A stretch of 60,999 bases of DNA, counting the filler. It is 8 parts of 8 records of this genome, joined end to end, with 100 filler letters (N's around TTAATTAATTAA, not from the genome) between each part and the next. Parts side by side here need not be neighbours in the genome. Positions count along the whole stretch, not along the records: positions 40,593 to 50,436 come from SRR31147125_34799; positions 50,537 to 55,892 come from SRR31147125_34822; 6 more parts are not named here. One strand, 5' to 3'. The notes beneath the pieces were generated by a model. The model searched no databases. It saw only the letters and a program-made list of their open reading frames with translations, and was not told the DNA's origin. This document shows, piece after piece, positions 44,601 through 55,409 of this stretch; position 1 is the stretch's first letter; each line of letters begins with the position of its first letter. The translations under genes were made by a program, and so were the position numbers.

Positions 44601-44886
44601 CGGTCTGGCCACGGCCATTGCCATGGGAGGCACAGTACCGGAAAATACAAATGCGTCGAAGGCGTCAATTGAGTTTCCCGATGAACCGGATGAAGCGGCA
44701 CTATACCAGGCCGCAGTGAACTGGATTAAGGGGACGGAGCAAGAATGCGCCATCATCGCCCGGTGTACCGGAAAGACCAATGTTCATAATCTGGAACCCG
44801 AAGATATGCGCTGTATCACCTTGGCCACCTCGGAAGCATTGGACATCCCGTTAACATCCGGAGCAACACTACGAGAGAGATTTTAA
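41646..44886 (+). CDS. Fused GlxC (GXGXG) + GlxD (FMN glutamate-synthase-like) + degenerate second GlxD domain; frameshift in the A7 run near 42325-42331
   Basis: GXGXG beta-helix; shifted frame continues IPFPVFSSTKSAYWNEKVQEDIQVKSRIGRYRVRGFGTARHIPHFNDIAF into ORF 42505-44886 (APMSFGAL, NTGEGG, QGAKPGLGG, CIGCMRCSSGKCP); second copy HLDDVVFL..DPYREAC...GGLRSGTDVAKA...GKTNVHNLEPED. Confidence 0.8.
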
Positions 44887-45124
44887 ATAACATTTTTGAT
44901 TTTTAAAAGGCGATAAATCAACAAAATTGAAATTTATCGCCTTTTTTATTTTAACACTTCAAATTTGCGACGATCTCAGAGCATTTTCCTCAAAAATTCC
45001 GAGCCATTTCGATAAAATCCCCACCTCGCCAAACATAGATATTATATTTAAAAATCAAATAGTTAACAGATCTCCTTCCCGCAACAAAAAAACAAACTCC
45101 ACAAGAACGTGCATTTTAAAATTT

Positions 45125-45141
45125 CCGGCATAAACCCTGCA
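45125..45141 (+). promoter_or_regulatory. sigma54 (-24/-12) promoter of gmaS
   Basis: CCGGCATAAACCCTGCA = GG-N10-GC, about 70 nt upstream of the ATG. Confidence 0.6.
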
Positions 45142-45213
45142 TTAATTTAATGTAATGAATAAAAATTTCACAACAATGAAACTTGTTATTACACCATAAG
45201 GAGAGTATTCACC

Positions 45214-46626
45214 ATGACAACCGCTCTGAAGATTCACCCCAACGTATCGGAATCAGAAAGCAAACGAGAACAAGTCAAAAAAGAATTGGCGGAAAAGGGA
45301 ATTGAATTCATCCTCACGCAATTTGTGGATATCCACGGCGCGCCCAAAGTGAAACAGGTACCGGTCAGCTGCTTCGACGATGTGATGGATGACGGAGCGG
45401 GATTTGCCGGCGGAGCGGTCTGGGGCATGGGCCTCGGTCCCCATGATCACGATTTAATGGCAAGAACCGATCTGGATACCTATACCCAGCTCCCCTGGCA
45501 ACCCAATGTCGCCATGGCGTGCTGTGATCTGTTTGTCGATGATCAGCCGTGGGGATATTGCCCCAGAACCAATTTGAAGCGAATGCTCGGGCTTTTTTCT
45601 GAAAAAGGCTTCAGTCTCAACGGCGGATTCGAGCCGGAGCATTTTCTGGTGGAAAAGAAGGAAAACGGCGACATCAAGGTATGGGATCCCAATGGAGTCG
45701 ACAATCTTGCCAAGCCCTGCTACGACTTCAAGGGCATGTGTCAGAGCATGGATTACCTCCAGGATATCACCCGATATGGAAACGACATGGGATTTGGCGT
45801 GTACCAGAGCGATCATGAGGATGCCAACGGCCAATACGAAGTCAATTTCGACTGGAGTGACGCGGTGAACGCCTCGGATCGCCTGATCCATTTTCGTATG
45901 ATGACCGGTCAGGTGGCGCAAAAGTATGGGGCCATCGCCACTTACCTGGCCAAACCGTTTGAGGACAAAAGCGGATCCGGTGCTCACCTTCACTTTCATA
46001 TCGCCGATTTTGCCAGTGGAAAGAACCTCTTTCCACTGAAAGAGGGAGAAGAGGACTGGAAAGGCCTAGGGATCTCCAAAACCGCCATCCACTACATGGG
46101 CGGGCTTTTAAAACATATTCGGGCGATCACTGCCGTGGCATCTCCGCAGATCAACTGCTACAGAAGAATTCAGAGTGGCGAATTTGTCTATTCATCCGCT
46201 TCCGGTTACACCTGGACGCCTTCTTTTGCTTCATATGGGGACAACAATCGGACTCAGCTCTTTAGAAGCCCGGCGTCCAACCGATTTGAAGACCGTTCCC
46301 CCTCCGGTATGGTCAATCCCTATCTGCTTTTGGCGGTTCATATTGCAGCCGGTATGGACGGCATCGAAAATGAAATCGATCCCGGCGATGCCGTCATCGG
46401 AAAAAACATCTGGAATCTTTCCGTTGAAGAGAGAAAAGAGATGGGCATGACCCTCCTGCCCCAGAATCTCATGGAGGCGGTGGAAGCACTGGAGGAAGAC
46501 GACGTGGTGAAATCCGGACTCGGTCCCATTGCCGATGAGTACATCAAGCTGAAAAAAGCCGAATGGGGCGCCTTTATGCGGCACGTCACCCCATGGGAGG
46601 TGGATCGTACCCTGACCTTACTCTAA
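45214..46626 (+). CDS. gmaS: Gamma-glutamylmethylamide synthetase-like glutamate-amine ligase (GlnT type)
   Basis: QFVDIHGAPKVKQVP, DGAGFAG, KPCYD, YQSDHEDANGQYE, YGDNNRT, W..F.RHVTPWE; next to glxBCD. Confidence 0.8.
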   Translation: MTTALKIHPNVSESESKREQVKKELAEKGIEFILTQFVDIHGAPKVKQVPVSCFDDVMDDGAGFAGGAVWGMGLGPHDHDLMARTDLDTYTQLPWQPNVAMACCDLFVDDQPWGYCPRTNLKRMLGLFSEKGFSLNGGFEPEHFLVEKKENGDIKVWDPNGVDNLAKPCYDFKGMCQSMDYLQDITRYGNDMGFGVYQSDHEDANGQYEVNFDWSDAVNASDRLIHFRMMTGQVAQKYGAIATYLAKPFEDKSGSGAHLHFHIADFASGKNLFPLKEGEEDWKGLGISKTAIHYMGGLLKHIRAITAVASPQINCYRRIQSGEFVYSSASGYTWTPSFASYGDNNRTQLFRSPASNRFEDRSPSGMVNPYLLLAVHIAAGMDGIENEIDPGDAVIGKNIWNLSVEERKEMGMTLLPQNLMEAVEALEEDDVVKSGLGPIADEYIKLKKAEWGAFMRHVTPWEVDRTLTLL

Positions 46627-46629
46627 TGG

Positions 46630-47262
46630 TCAACTCTCTTTGGAGCCGTGGTGAACCATAATCGATAAAAATCGTATGGGCAAGGAGACCAGCTCTTCCG
46701 GCCCATGCGTTGCCTGGGCATCGAACATGAGCGAATCGCCGGGATTGAGGCGATACGATCGATTGCCGTGGGTATAGACCATCTCCCCCTCCAGCATGTA
46801 AAGATACTCCATCCCCGGATGTTGAAATAGCGGAAACACTTCCGACTCTTCATTCAAACTGATCAAATAGGGCTCGATGGTGATACTTTTCCCCAGGCTG
46901 TGGCCCAACAGCCGGTATTGATGGCCGGTGCGGGTTCCCCTTCGATCGATGAGCACCCCTTCCCCGGCTTTGACATAACTGGCATCCCGCTCTTCCTCGA
47001 ATTTTCGAAAAAACGCGGTAATGGGAATATTCAACGCCTTGGACAGGGACTGCAACGTCCCCAAAGAAGGCGATGTATTACCGTTTTCGATCTTGGACAA
47101 CATCCCCGTTGATAGATGGGCCTGTTTGGCCAGTTCCACAATGGTCAAGCCGATTTTTTGTCTGTATCCTCGTATTTCATGCCCAATGGACCGTTCGATG
47201 GTGCGTTCCGACGCTTTTTCCAGCGAATGATCCGCTTCAATATGCTTTTCCTGTTTTCCCAT
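46630..47262 (-). CDS. XRE-family HTH + cupin transcriptional regulator
   Basis: LSTGMLSKIENGNTSPSL HTH; FQHPGMEYLYMLEG...HGPE cupin. Confidence 0.9.
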   Translation of the reverse strand: MGKQEKHIEADHSLEKASERTIERSIGHEIRGYRQKIGLTIVELAKQAHLSTGMLSKIENGNTSPSLGTLQSLSKALNIPITAFFRKFEEERDASYVKAGEGVLIDRRGTRTGHQYRLLGHSLGKSITIEPYLISLNEESEVFPLFQHPGMEYLYMLEGEMVYTHGNRSYRLNPGDSLMFDAQATHGPEELVSLPIRFLSIMVHHGSKES

Positions 47263-47395
47263 ATCCGCCCTTTATCCGATTCGTTTTTTTAATTGGGATA
47301 TCATGGAACCAAGGGCATGGCAAGCAAAGGTCGGCTTGGAATGGATGTCGCCGGATAAAAACACGGATGACCTCGGATGAAAACGACGACATTCG

Positions 47396-50300
47396 CTACA
47401 ATTCTTCGATGTCGATCACGATTCTCCACTGACGATCCAATGACCCTGTCATCCCTGAAATCGGCATATCGAAATGATCCGTACCCGATAATATCAGCCC
47501 CTCTTCCGTCACCTCAATATCTCCTTCAAAGACATTGGGTTTCCCTGCCGATTCAAGCATGGCCCACACTTCAGGCGGCGCTTCCGGAGAGACATATTCG
47601 TAGTGGTGGTCGGCAAACCCCAGGTGAAAATCTTCACTTTTCGTTGTGGTTGTCCCGTATCCCGATGTGGTGATCGTGTAAGATACGACCCTTGGCTCAC
47701 AATCCGTTGTCAATCGGTAATGGCCGGTCTCATCGATTTCAATGGTGATTTTAGATTGCATGTCGGCTTCCCCCGAGGAAACGGAGGTCACTCCGGCGAT
47801 GCTTAGCGGATCACTGCTCAATTGCCATGTGGTGTCGTATATGTACGCATCGAAGGTAAACGGTTGGGTCCTGCGGATCAGAAGCATTTCATTCACCCGT
47901 ACCGTGGTGAGCATGGGATTTGAAGACGATGTTTCCGATGAGAGCCGGATGACGCCTCTGAAACAGGAGGGATTAATCACGGTAAAATCGTCTGACGAGT
48001 TGAAATTATCCGATTCATTTCCGTCGCTGTTGAACCATCCATCCCGATTGGCATCTTCACACCCGTCATTGACGCCGTCGTTGTCCGGCTTGTCGTTGTC
48101 GGGATCAATCTCTTTGGGTGCGCCGTCCCCATCCACATCCCGTTCTTTTTGCGGATCCAGATGATTCCCGTAAAGATCAAAAATATACCCCTTCATATCG
48201 ACCATGTCATCCAGGCCGTCCTCATCGGTGTCGGCCATGTCGGGATCCGTCTCAAAGCGATGAATCTCATCAAAATCAACAAGATTGTCACCATCCGAAT
48301 CCATGGTCAGTTCAGGCTCGTCGCACCGCATCGGCGCACCGGTTTCCGGAGGAAAAATCCAATAGTTGGGCTCCGGAACAATCAGAAGGGATACCCACTG
48401 GACATCGTCGATATTCCATGGATCCAAAACATGGATGTAACGGATTTCAAGACCGCTCTCATCCCTGACCACGGCATATCCGTCGATCAGTGTGGAGTGA
48501 CCGGTGGGAGACCGACGAATGTTTCTGATCACCGGACGCCCGTCATCAATAAAGTCCACAAGGGTGTCCATGTCCGACGGATCATGATCATCGAACAATT
48601 CCGGGGAATAATCCTCGCCCCGAATCGTTGACACCGGTTGATTGTAAATCCACGCCAGCGCCGCCATGATATCCGCATCATAGGTTCCCTCGCCGTGTGC
48701 CAGATCCTTGTACGGATCCCCCAAATGACCAAAGTAATCGATCCCCCGGGAACTCCCCACCTCTTCATGAATATAGTAGGTGATGCGATCCTGACTCAAG
48801 GTACAGCCATTCAATGCGGCAACCATGGAGAGGGCGGCACGGGAGCAGTAGACATCGTTATGACCGGGATCCCGATTGAATTCACCGAATGGGTGAGCAT
48901 CCTGCCAGTTAAAATCACCACTTTCGAGACAGCCGTCCATGCAGACCATGCCGGTATCTTTATGTTGCGTGATATGTGGGCAGCCGATCACTCTTTTTTT
49001 GATCACCGTCCCTGTTCCCGTCTCATCGGAAAAGTCGGGATGTGGATCATCCGAATCCGCATCCCCTCTGACGTGTGAGGCCTTATCAACATATTGATTT
49101 GCATTATTCACGGTACCGGCCCTCACCACTTTTTCTCTATCGGCGGCCCTGATGAGCTGATCCAAATCATACGCCGTTCGGGTCAATTCCCATGCCGGAT
49201 ACCATGCGCTTTCCACCGGAGAGACAATTTTGAATCGCCAATAATAGGCTCCGGCATCCAGTTTTTCCACCAACAGGGAATCTCCATGGACGGTTTCATC
49301 CAACACCGGGGCATCAAAATCATCATTCAATGCAATCTGGAAACGGGTTTGATCCGCATAGGTGATCCCCGTGACAGTCAAATAGAACCGGGAGGCCAGC
49401 CGGCTGTTTTGCGGCGGTAACCGTATCAAAGCCTTCGGCAGAGAATTGAGCGATCCAGGCGTTGCATTGTCGGATGATCGTATCCGCCAATGGGTTGCAC
49501 CGAGCCAATCCTGCGACCCCAGGGACCAGGTGCCGGGGATTCGCATGCAAACGCCGTCAGCGGGAAATAACGGTTCATCATCAAAAAACACTCCCGTTTC
49601 AGGCATCAGGGCCGCTCCGGCAACAGCCATTGATGATGAGCCGTCTGCGGTAACGGGTGGCATTCCCCATGAAATCGCATCCACAACAGTATTCGACAGG
49701 GTCAGGATACACCGATCCCCTTTGAGATTGAATGGGACATCCTCGGGTATTTCAATCAGGTAGCGTTCCCCGGAAGATAGGGATTCCGAACTGTTGTCAA
49801 ATGTTTGTGAGACCCCTGAGCTGCATGTGACGGCATAATCTTTTAGAGCAACCGTATGGATTGTGGGGTTGAGCAGCTCAATCCATGACGCTTTACCGTC
49901 CGAAGGCCAGGGGCTGATTTCATTGAGAATCAGCAGGCCGTCATTGAGAGGATTGAGAAGCGATGCTCCCCCTGATTGCTTATTGAAAGACGTATGCCAT
50001 AGATAGAATGTGTCCAACGTGTTCGCCGGCGCCCCAATCAGATAAATGAAAATGTCACCGTCCGGAAGAGACGATTTGGGGAGATGGGTGATGATCACCT
50101 CATCCAGCGGACCTTTGATTGCTCTTTTCCAAGGTTGCGGCGTCGATAGAGACAGAGGAACCCATTGCGATTTTTCATTGAACAGGTACAACTCAGATGA
50201 GAATTCCACAATCGATAGGGCCAGATATAAATCCATGGCGTTTGAAAACCGGCTCAATCCGACTTGCAATGAGAATTCATCCCCCCTGTGGCAATCTCCC

Positions 50301-50436
50301 CGACCCCGATGGGATAACTCTGAATGGCGGAGGAACTAGTCACCGGTTTTTCAATGGCAAGATAATGGGGAAAAACCGTGGGGGTTTGCGGAAGGGGAAT
50401 CGCTTGCGCACGGCAAGTGGCGATGGATGAAAAAAA
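47396..50436 (-). CDS. Large secreted multidomain protein: lamin-tail-like domain, C39/papain-like cysteine peptidase, Asp-rich Ca-binding repeats (5' truncated; frameshift near 50285)
   Basis: LILNEISP..WIELLNP; YCSRAALSMV, GHSTLIDGY, HVLDPW; DSDGDNLVD, DTDEDGLDD, DVDGDG; upstream frame open to the contig edge if one base is removed from the C6 run. Confidence 0.7.
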
Positions 50437-50536
50437 NNNNNNNNNNNNNNNNNNNNNNNNNNNNNNNNNNNNNNNNNNNNTTAATTAATTAANNNNNNNN
50501 NNNNNNNNNNNNNNNNNNNNNNNNNNNNNNNNNNNN
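50437..50536. other. Artificial contig linker
   Basis: N44-TTAATTAATTAA-N44. Confidence 0.97.
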
Positions 50537-51380
50537 AAAAATCTTAACTTCACTTATGAAAAATCTAAAAAACATGCTATTAGAGGGCTTGATTTTTCTA
50601 TCCGCAAAGGCGAAATATTCGGGTTTCTATGGCCCTAGCGGTGCAGGCAAAACAACCACTCAGAGACTTATTATAGGTCTTTTAAAAGGATATACTGGCG
50701 AAATATCTATTATGGGCAAAGAGCGCACTAAATGGAAAAAAGACTTTTATGAACACATTGGAGTAGCGTTTGATTTTCCTAATCTTTATACCAAACTAAC
50801 AGGGGAAGAAAATCTAAAGCTCATATCCAATTATTATAAAAAGCAGCCAGAGAATTTAGATATGTACTTTGATAAAGTTGGCTTGCTTAAAGATAAAAAA
50901 ACTAAAGTTGAATCATATTCAAAAGGTATGAAAATGCGTCTTAACTTTATACGCTCTATTATGCATGAGCCAGCTGTATTATTTTTTGATGAGCCAACCA
51001 GCGGACTAGACCCAGTAAATGCAAAAATCATTAAAGATATGATACTAGATTTAAAGAGCAAAAATAAAACCATATTTTTAACAACCCATAACATGACTGT
51101 AGCTGAACAGCTTTGTGACAGAGTAGCATTCATTAATGATGGTAAAATATCTGCCATTGACAGTCCTCAAAATTTAATGATAGAAAACGGCGAAGCTGTT
51201 GTAAATGTAACATACAAGGATAATAATAAATTAACCACTAACACACTACCCCTAAAAGGTTTATACGACAATCAGCAATTTTCCAGCCTTTTGAAAGCTG
51301 ATAAAGTAGTATCTATCCACTCAAAAGAAGCTACATTAGAGGATGTATTCATCAAGTTAACAGGCAGGGAATTAATATGA
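50537..51380 (+). CDS. ABC exporter ATP-binding subunit (5' end truncated and error-prone)
   Basis: GPSGAGKTT, YSKGMKMR, FFDEPTSGLD, TTH. Confidence 0.9.
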
Positions 51381-52093
51381 ATAAGCAAAGATTATTAAAC
51401 AGCATTAAGGCAGACGTAATGTTTCAAGTAAAGCATGGCTTTTATGGAGTTTATGTTGTTTTGTCAATTATGTATATAATCGTACTTAGCTTCATTCCTC
51501 CAGCTTCTGTTATATACGTTTTGCCTATATTAATATACTTTGATCCAGCAGGTTTAGGTCTGTTTTTCATAGGTGGTATGGTGCTTTTAGAAAAAGAGCA
51601 AGGCATTTTGGCACTTTTGTATATTACGCCACTTAAAGTTCGCGAGTACATTTTAAGCAAAGTTATAACATTAAGCATAATATCCATAATCGCAGGCATT
51701 GCAATATCTTTGCTTTCCTATGGTTTATCAGCTAATTATATCCTGCTTTGCATTAGCATATTTTTAGTGTCAGTTTTGTTTACTTTCATTGGGTTTTTAA
51801 TAGCTGCCAAATCCAAAACAGTAAATGATTATTTAGTTAAAATAGTACCTGTTATGATGTTTGCTATTATCCCCTGTGCATCACTTATTCCTAACGATGT
51901 AGTACCTAACATAGTCAGCCATCTATTATACCTAATACCTAGCGTAGGGGGGCTAAAACTAATGATGGGAGCTTATTCGAGCATCGCATTTATTGATTTA
52001 GTTTTGTGTTTCTTAGGGCTTATCATCGCTAACATACTACTTTTGAAAAAAGTATCTGCCGTACTTGCTGATAAAGTCATACTACATGCTTGA
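51377..52093 (+). CDS. ABC-2-type exporter permease (fluoroquinolone-export-like family)
   Basis: About 6 TM; GLFFIGGMVLLEKEQG..ITPL..EYILSK; ATGA overlap. Confidence 0.8.
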   Translation: MNKQRLLNSIKADVMFQVKHGFYGVYVVLSIMYIIVLSFIPPASVIYVLPILIYFDPAGLGLFFIGGMVLLEKEQGILALLYITPLKVREYILSKVITLSIISIIAGIAISLLSYGLSANYILLCISIFLVSVLFTFIGFLIAAKSKTVNDYLVKIVPVMMFAIIPCASLIPNDVVPNIVSHLLYLIPSVGGLKLMMGAYSSIAFIDLVLCFLGLIIANILLLKKVSAVLADKVILHA

Positions 52094-52107
52094 TTAAAGG
52101 AGTAAAA

Positions 52108-52806
52108 ATGATTAAATTAACATACATAAAAACTGATATAAAGAAACTATTTAGAGAACCAATCATGACATTGTTGTTTCTCATGCCTATTATGTTTCCT
52201 ATTATATTCAGGCTTCTTATTAAATTCATAGTACCTTTTATCTTAGGATTTGTAAGCTTTGATTTTTCTAACTATCAGCATTATGTTCTTTCAATGTCTT
52301 TAATTATCAATGCTATGATGCTAAGCATAGTTATGGGCTTTACTATGATAGATGATAGGGATAATAAAATAGTAGAGCTTATGAGCATAACCCCTTTGGG
52401 CAAAGCAGGGTACTTAATTATGCGTTTGTCTATTGTGTTTATATTTGTATTTCTCTATTCCATTTACAGCTACTTGATATTGGGAATATATATTATTTCA
52501 GTGTATACTTTATTGTACCTTTCGTTAATACTTTGCATTTACTCCAGTGTACTAGGATTAATATTGTTCAATATCGCATCGGATAAAGTTAACGGGTTAA
52601 CCTATGCTAAAGGCTTAAATATCATTATGCTGTTTGCCTTTGCTGATCTACTAGACCTTAGATGGCTAAATTTCTTAGCTAGCTTATTCCCACCATACTG
52701 GATAACGCAAATAATTGCAAACCCTGCAAACATATTAGCTTTGTCTATGGGTGCAGTTATTCCCATAATATGGTTTGTTCTGTCGCTTGCAAAAACAAAA
52801 ATCTAG
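52108..52806 (+). CDS. ABC-2-type exporter permease 2
   Basis: About 6 TM; DDRD...SITPLG..YL; FPPYW; AAGGAG RBS. Confidence 0.8.
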   Translation: MIKLTYIKTDIKKLFREPIMTLLFLMPIMFPIIFRLLIKFIVPFILGFVSFDFSNYQHYVLSMSLIINAMMLSIVMGFTMIDDRDNKIVELMSITPLGKAGYLIMRLSIVFIFVFLYSIYSYLILGIYIISVYTLLYLSLILCIYSSVLGLILFNIASDKVNGLTYAKGLNIIMLFAFADLLDLRWLNFLASLFPPYWITQIIANPANILALSMGAVIPIIWFVLSLAKTKI

Positions 52807-52885
52807 CTGTACTATTGTATTATGGGACTATTAAAAAATAATATTATTCAACAACCCCATTATAAATATACAAAAGGATAGCTTT

Positions 52886-53700
52886 ATGAAATTAGAAAAT
52901 AAAATACCTAACATTAATAAACATCTTAAAGAGGGGTATGAATATATTGAGCCAAGCAAGCTATCACAGCCATGTCTGTCTGTGCCTGATATAGTTTTTG
53001 AATACGGTAATGTTTTAGGCAAAGTTAAGACACTACCATTTATGGGGCATTATATGGTTGGTTGTATGAGCCATGCAATTAAATCTTATAGGCATATGTA
53101 CGATACACCTAACAATTTCAAAACGCAAATTTCACAGCAGGATTTACATGATTTAAAAACCTATATCAAAACTTTAGAAATAGGTGATATAGGCTTTACT
53201 AAAGTTGATAACTCAATTATTTTCAGCAACAAAAAAATACTTTACCCAAATGCAATTGTATTGATTATGGAAATGAAAAAGGCTACGCAGCAGAAGCTTA
53301 TCCTGCTATTGGAGGCGAAACCCACTACCCTACTTTGGCGCAAAAGGCAGGCTTAGGCTGCATTGGTAAAAGCGGAATTCTGATAACTCCTATATTCTAT
53401 CCATCAGTTCGCATTGCAGCAGTTTATACAAATATCCAAAACCTTCCCTTCACTGATAATGATGACCATATATGGATTAAAGACTTCTGCAAATCATGCT
53501 TAAGATGTGTAAAAAAGTGCCCTGCAAAAGCAATCTATATAAATAATAAAGCTTTAGAAAGCGGTGCAGAAGAATATATAGATTATAAAAAATGTGCTGT
53601 TCCATTTTCTAATGATTATGGATGCACCATTTGTATTAAAGAATGTACTTTCTTTAAATCAGAGTATAGTAATATTTATTCACATTTTAGTAAAGGCTAA
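52886..53700 (+). pseudogene. QueG/reductive-dehalogenase-like 4Fe-4S dicluster protein, disrupted near 53280
   Basis: IGFTKV..NAIVLIMEM, then a shifted frame GYAAEAYPAIGG..AQKAGLG.IGKSG.LITP..RIAAVYT, CKSCLRCVKKCP, CTICIKEC. Confidence 0.65.
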
Positions 53701-53808
53701 CAAACTTCTTACATTTATGAATTTTACACCTAATTTACATAGTTCCTTGCTCTTATATTGTTAAAATGCTATCATTAATCATACTAAACAAAAAGGAACA
53801 ACTTATAA

Positions 53809-54054
53809 GCAATAGATAAAGATAGCTGTATTGGATGCGAATTATGCATAGATAGATGTCAGGTTAACGCTATTGTACTAGAAGATAGCAAAGCCAAAAT
53901 AAATAGGAAAAAATGTCTTGGCTGCGGACTATGTGTATCCACCTGCCCTACAAATGCAATAGAATTAATCCCTAGACCAAAAGAAGAGCAAGTTGAGCCT
54001 CCAAAAGATTTTAGTGAATGGGAAAGAATAAGATTAGAAAATAGAAGTAAATAA
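53809..54054 (+). pseudogene. 2x[4Fe-4S] ferredoxin-domain fragment with no canonical start
   Basis: Read by hand AIDKDSCIGCELCIDRCQVNAI...KCLGCGLCVSTCPTNAI...-stop; in-frame TAA immediately upstream (53806-53808). Confidence 0.7.
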
Positions 54055-54075
54055 AAAAGAAGCAGGAGTGACTTT

Positions 54076-54693
54076 ATGGAGATTTTAAACTATATTATTG
54101 TAGTTATAGTATGCTATTTTTTAGGTTGTATACAAAGTGCATACATTATCGGTAAGCTACGAAAAATTGATATTCGTGAACATGGATCAAAAAATGCCGG
54201 TGCATCAAACGCCTTTACAATAATGGGCTGGAAAACCGGCGTAATAGTTGGGCTAATTGACATTTTCAAATGTGCAATCCCCGTGTTTATATTAACATTG
54301 ATTTTCCCAGAGAATGATTTAATTCAAGTTATTGGCGGAGTAAGCGTAGTATTAGGGCATGTATTCCCTGTGTTTATGGGATTTCGCGGCGGAAAAGGCA
54401 CAGCTAGTTTGGTTGGGATGGCATTAGGTCTGAGCCCTTTGCTTTTTGTTGTTGCAGGTCTTGCAATATTAACAGGATCATTTATAAGCAATTATATAGC
54501 CGTCGGAACAGTGGTTATGCTGCTTGCAATTTTAACATGGATGATAATTTTTGATTTTCCTATGCTTGCATTAATTATATATTCATGTATAATAATGTTA
54601 AGTCTGTGTAAACACTATGTAAATTTCAAGAGAATTTACAATCATACAGAAACAAAACTTAGTGAAGCTTTTGGCGGCGGAAGTGCTGCATAA
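54076..54693 (+). CDS. plsY: Glycerol-3-phosphate acyltransferase
   Basis: DIREHGSKNAGASN, DIFK, GHVFPVFMGFRGGKG, KHYVNFKR. Confidence 0.9.
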   Translation: MEILNYIIVVIVCYFLGCIQSAYIIGKLRKIDIREHGSKNAGASNAFTIMGWKTGVIVGLIDIFKCAIPVFILTLIFPENDLIQVIGGVSVVLGHVFPVFMGFRGGKGTASLVGMALGLSPLLFVVAGLAILTGSFISNYIAVGTVVMLLAILTWMIIFDFPMLALIIYSCIIMLSLCKHYVNFKRIYNHTETKLSEAFGGGSAA

Positions 54694-54827
54694 TACTCAT
54701 ATTTATTTTTTATTACTTTTTAAAGAGCATTTTTTGCTCTTTTCTTTTGCTTTTATCATTGTTTAATGTTTGATTTACTTATGACCGTTCAGATTATAAA
54801 TATACATCTTTTTATGCTACTGATTGG

Positions 54828-55409
54828 CTATTGAGGAATCATTATAGAGCCTTCCTGAAATTCAAACATATCCTCAGCAACATGGCAATCCAGACCAAAT
54901 GGTTTATCGCTATTTAGCTGGTCTGCAACTATTTCTTTAAGCTTCTCTTCATCAAGTTCCTCAAATTCAAATACCATTTTATTTAACTTAAAATCCACAT
55001 AATACGCAGTTAAATAGTGTTCGTGTGCAAAATATTCCGATGCTGCTCTTTGTATTTTTACTAATTCGTTTAATGAATATTCCACCTTAACAAATTTAAC
55101 ACATTCATATCCTTCTAGTATTGTTTTATATTCATTAATTGCTGTTTTTTGACTACTAGTCAATGCTATGTGCAATATGTTTTCATCTATCCATTCACCT
55201 GCATAGTTTTCTGGGTATATGTACATGCCATTATTATCTTTATCAAATGAATTAAGCAATATATCGCCTGCATCCATGGCACAGTCCTGTGAAGTAAATA
55301 CTTTTTCTGTTTCATCAGAATCAATATTTTCAAAAGCGCATCCTGCAAAAACAAAGAAAACGGTAACCAACGTAAATAATAAACAAGATTTTACGGTTTT
55401 ACTTTTCAC
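54828..55409 (-). CDS. Hypothetical lipoprotein
   Basis: Lipobox FAGC; GTG start with AAGGA RBS; 193 aa. Confidence 0.7.
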   Translation of the reverse strand: MKSKTVKSCLLFTLVTVFFVFAGCAFENIDSDETEKVFTSQDCAMDAGDILLNSFDKDNNGMYIYPENYAGEWIDENILHIALTSSQKTAINEYKTILEGYECVKFVKVEYSLNELVKIQRAASEYFAHEHYLTAYYVDFKLNKMVFEFEELDEEKLKEIVADQLNSDKPFGLDCHVAEDMFEFQEGSIMIPQ

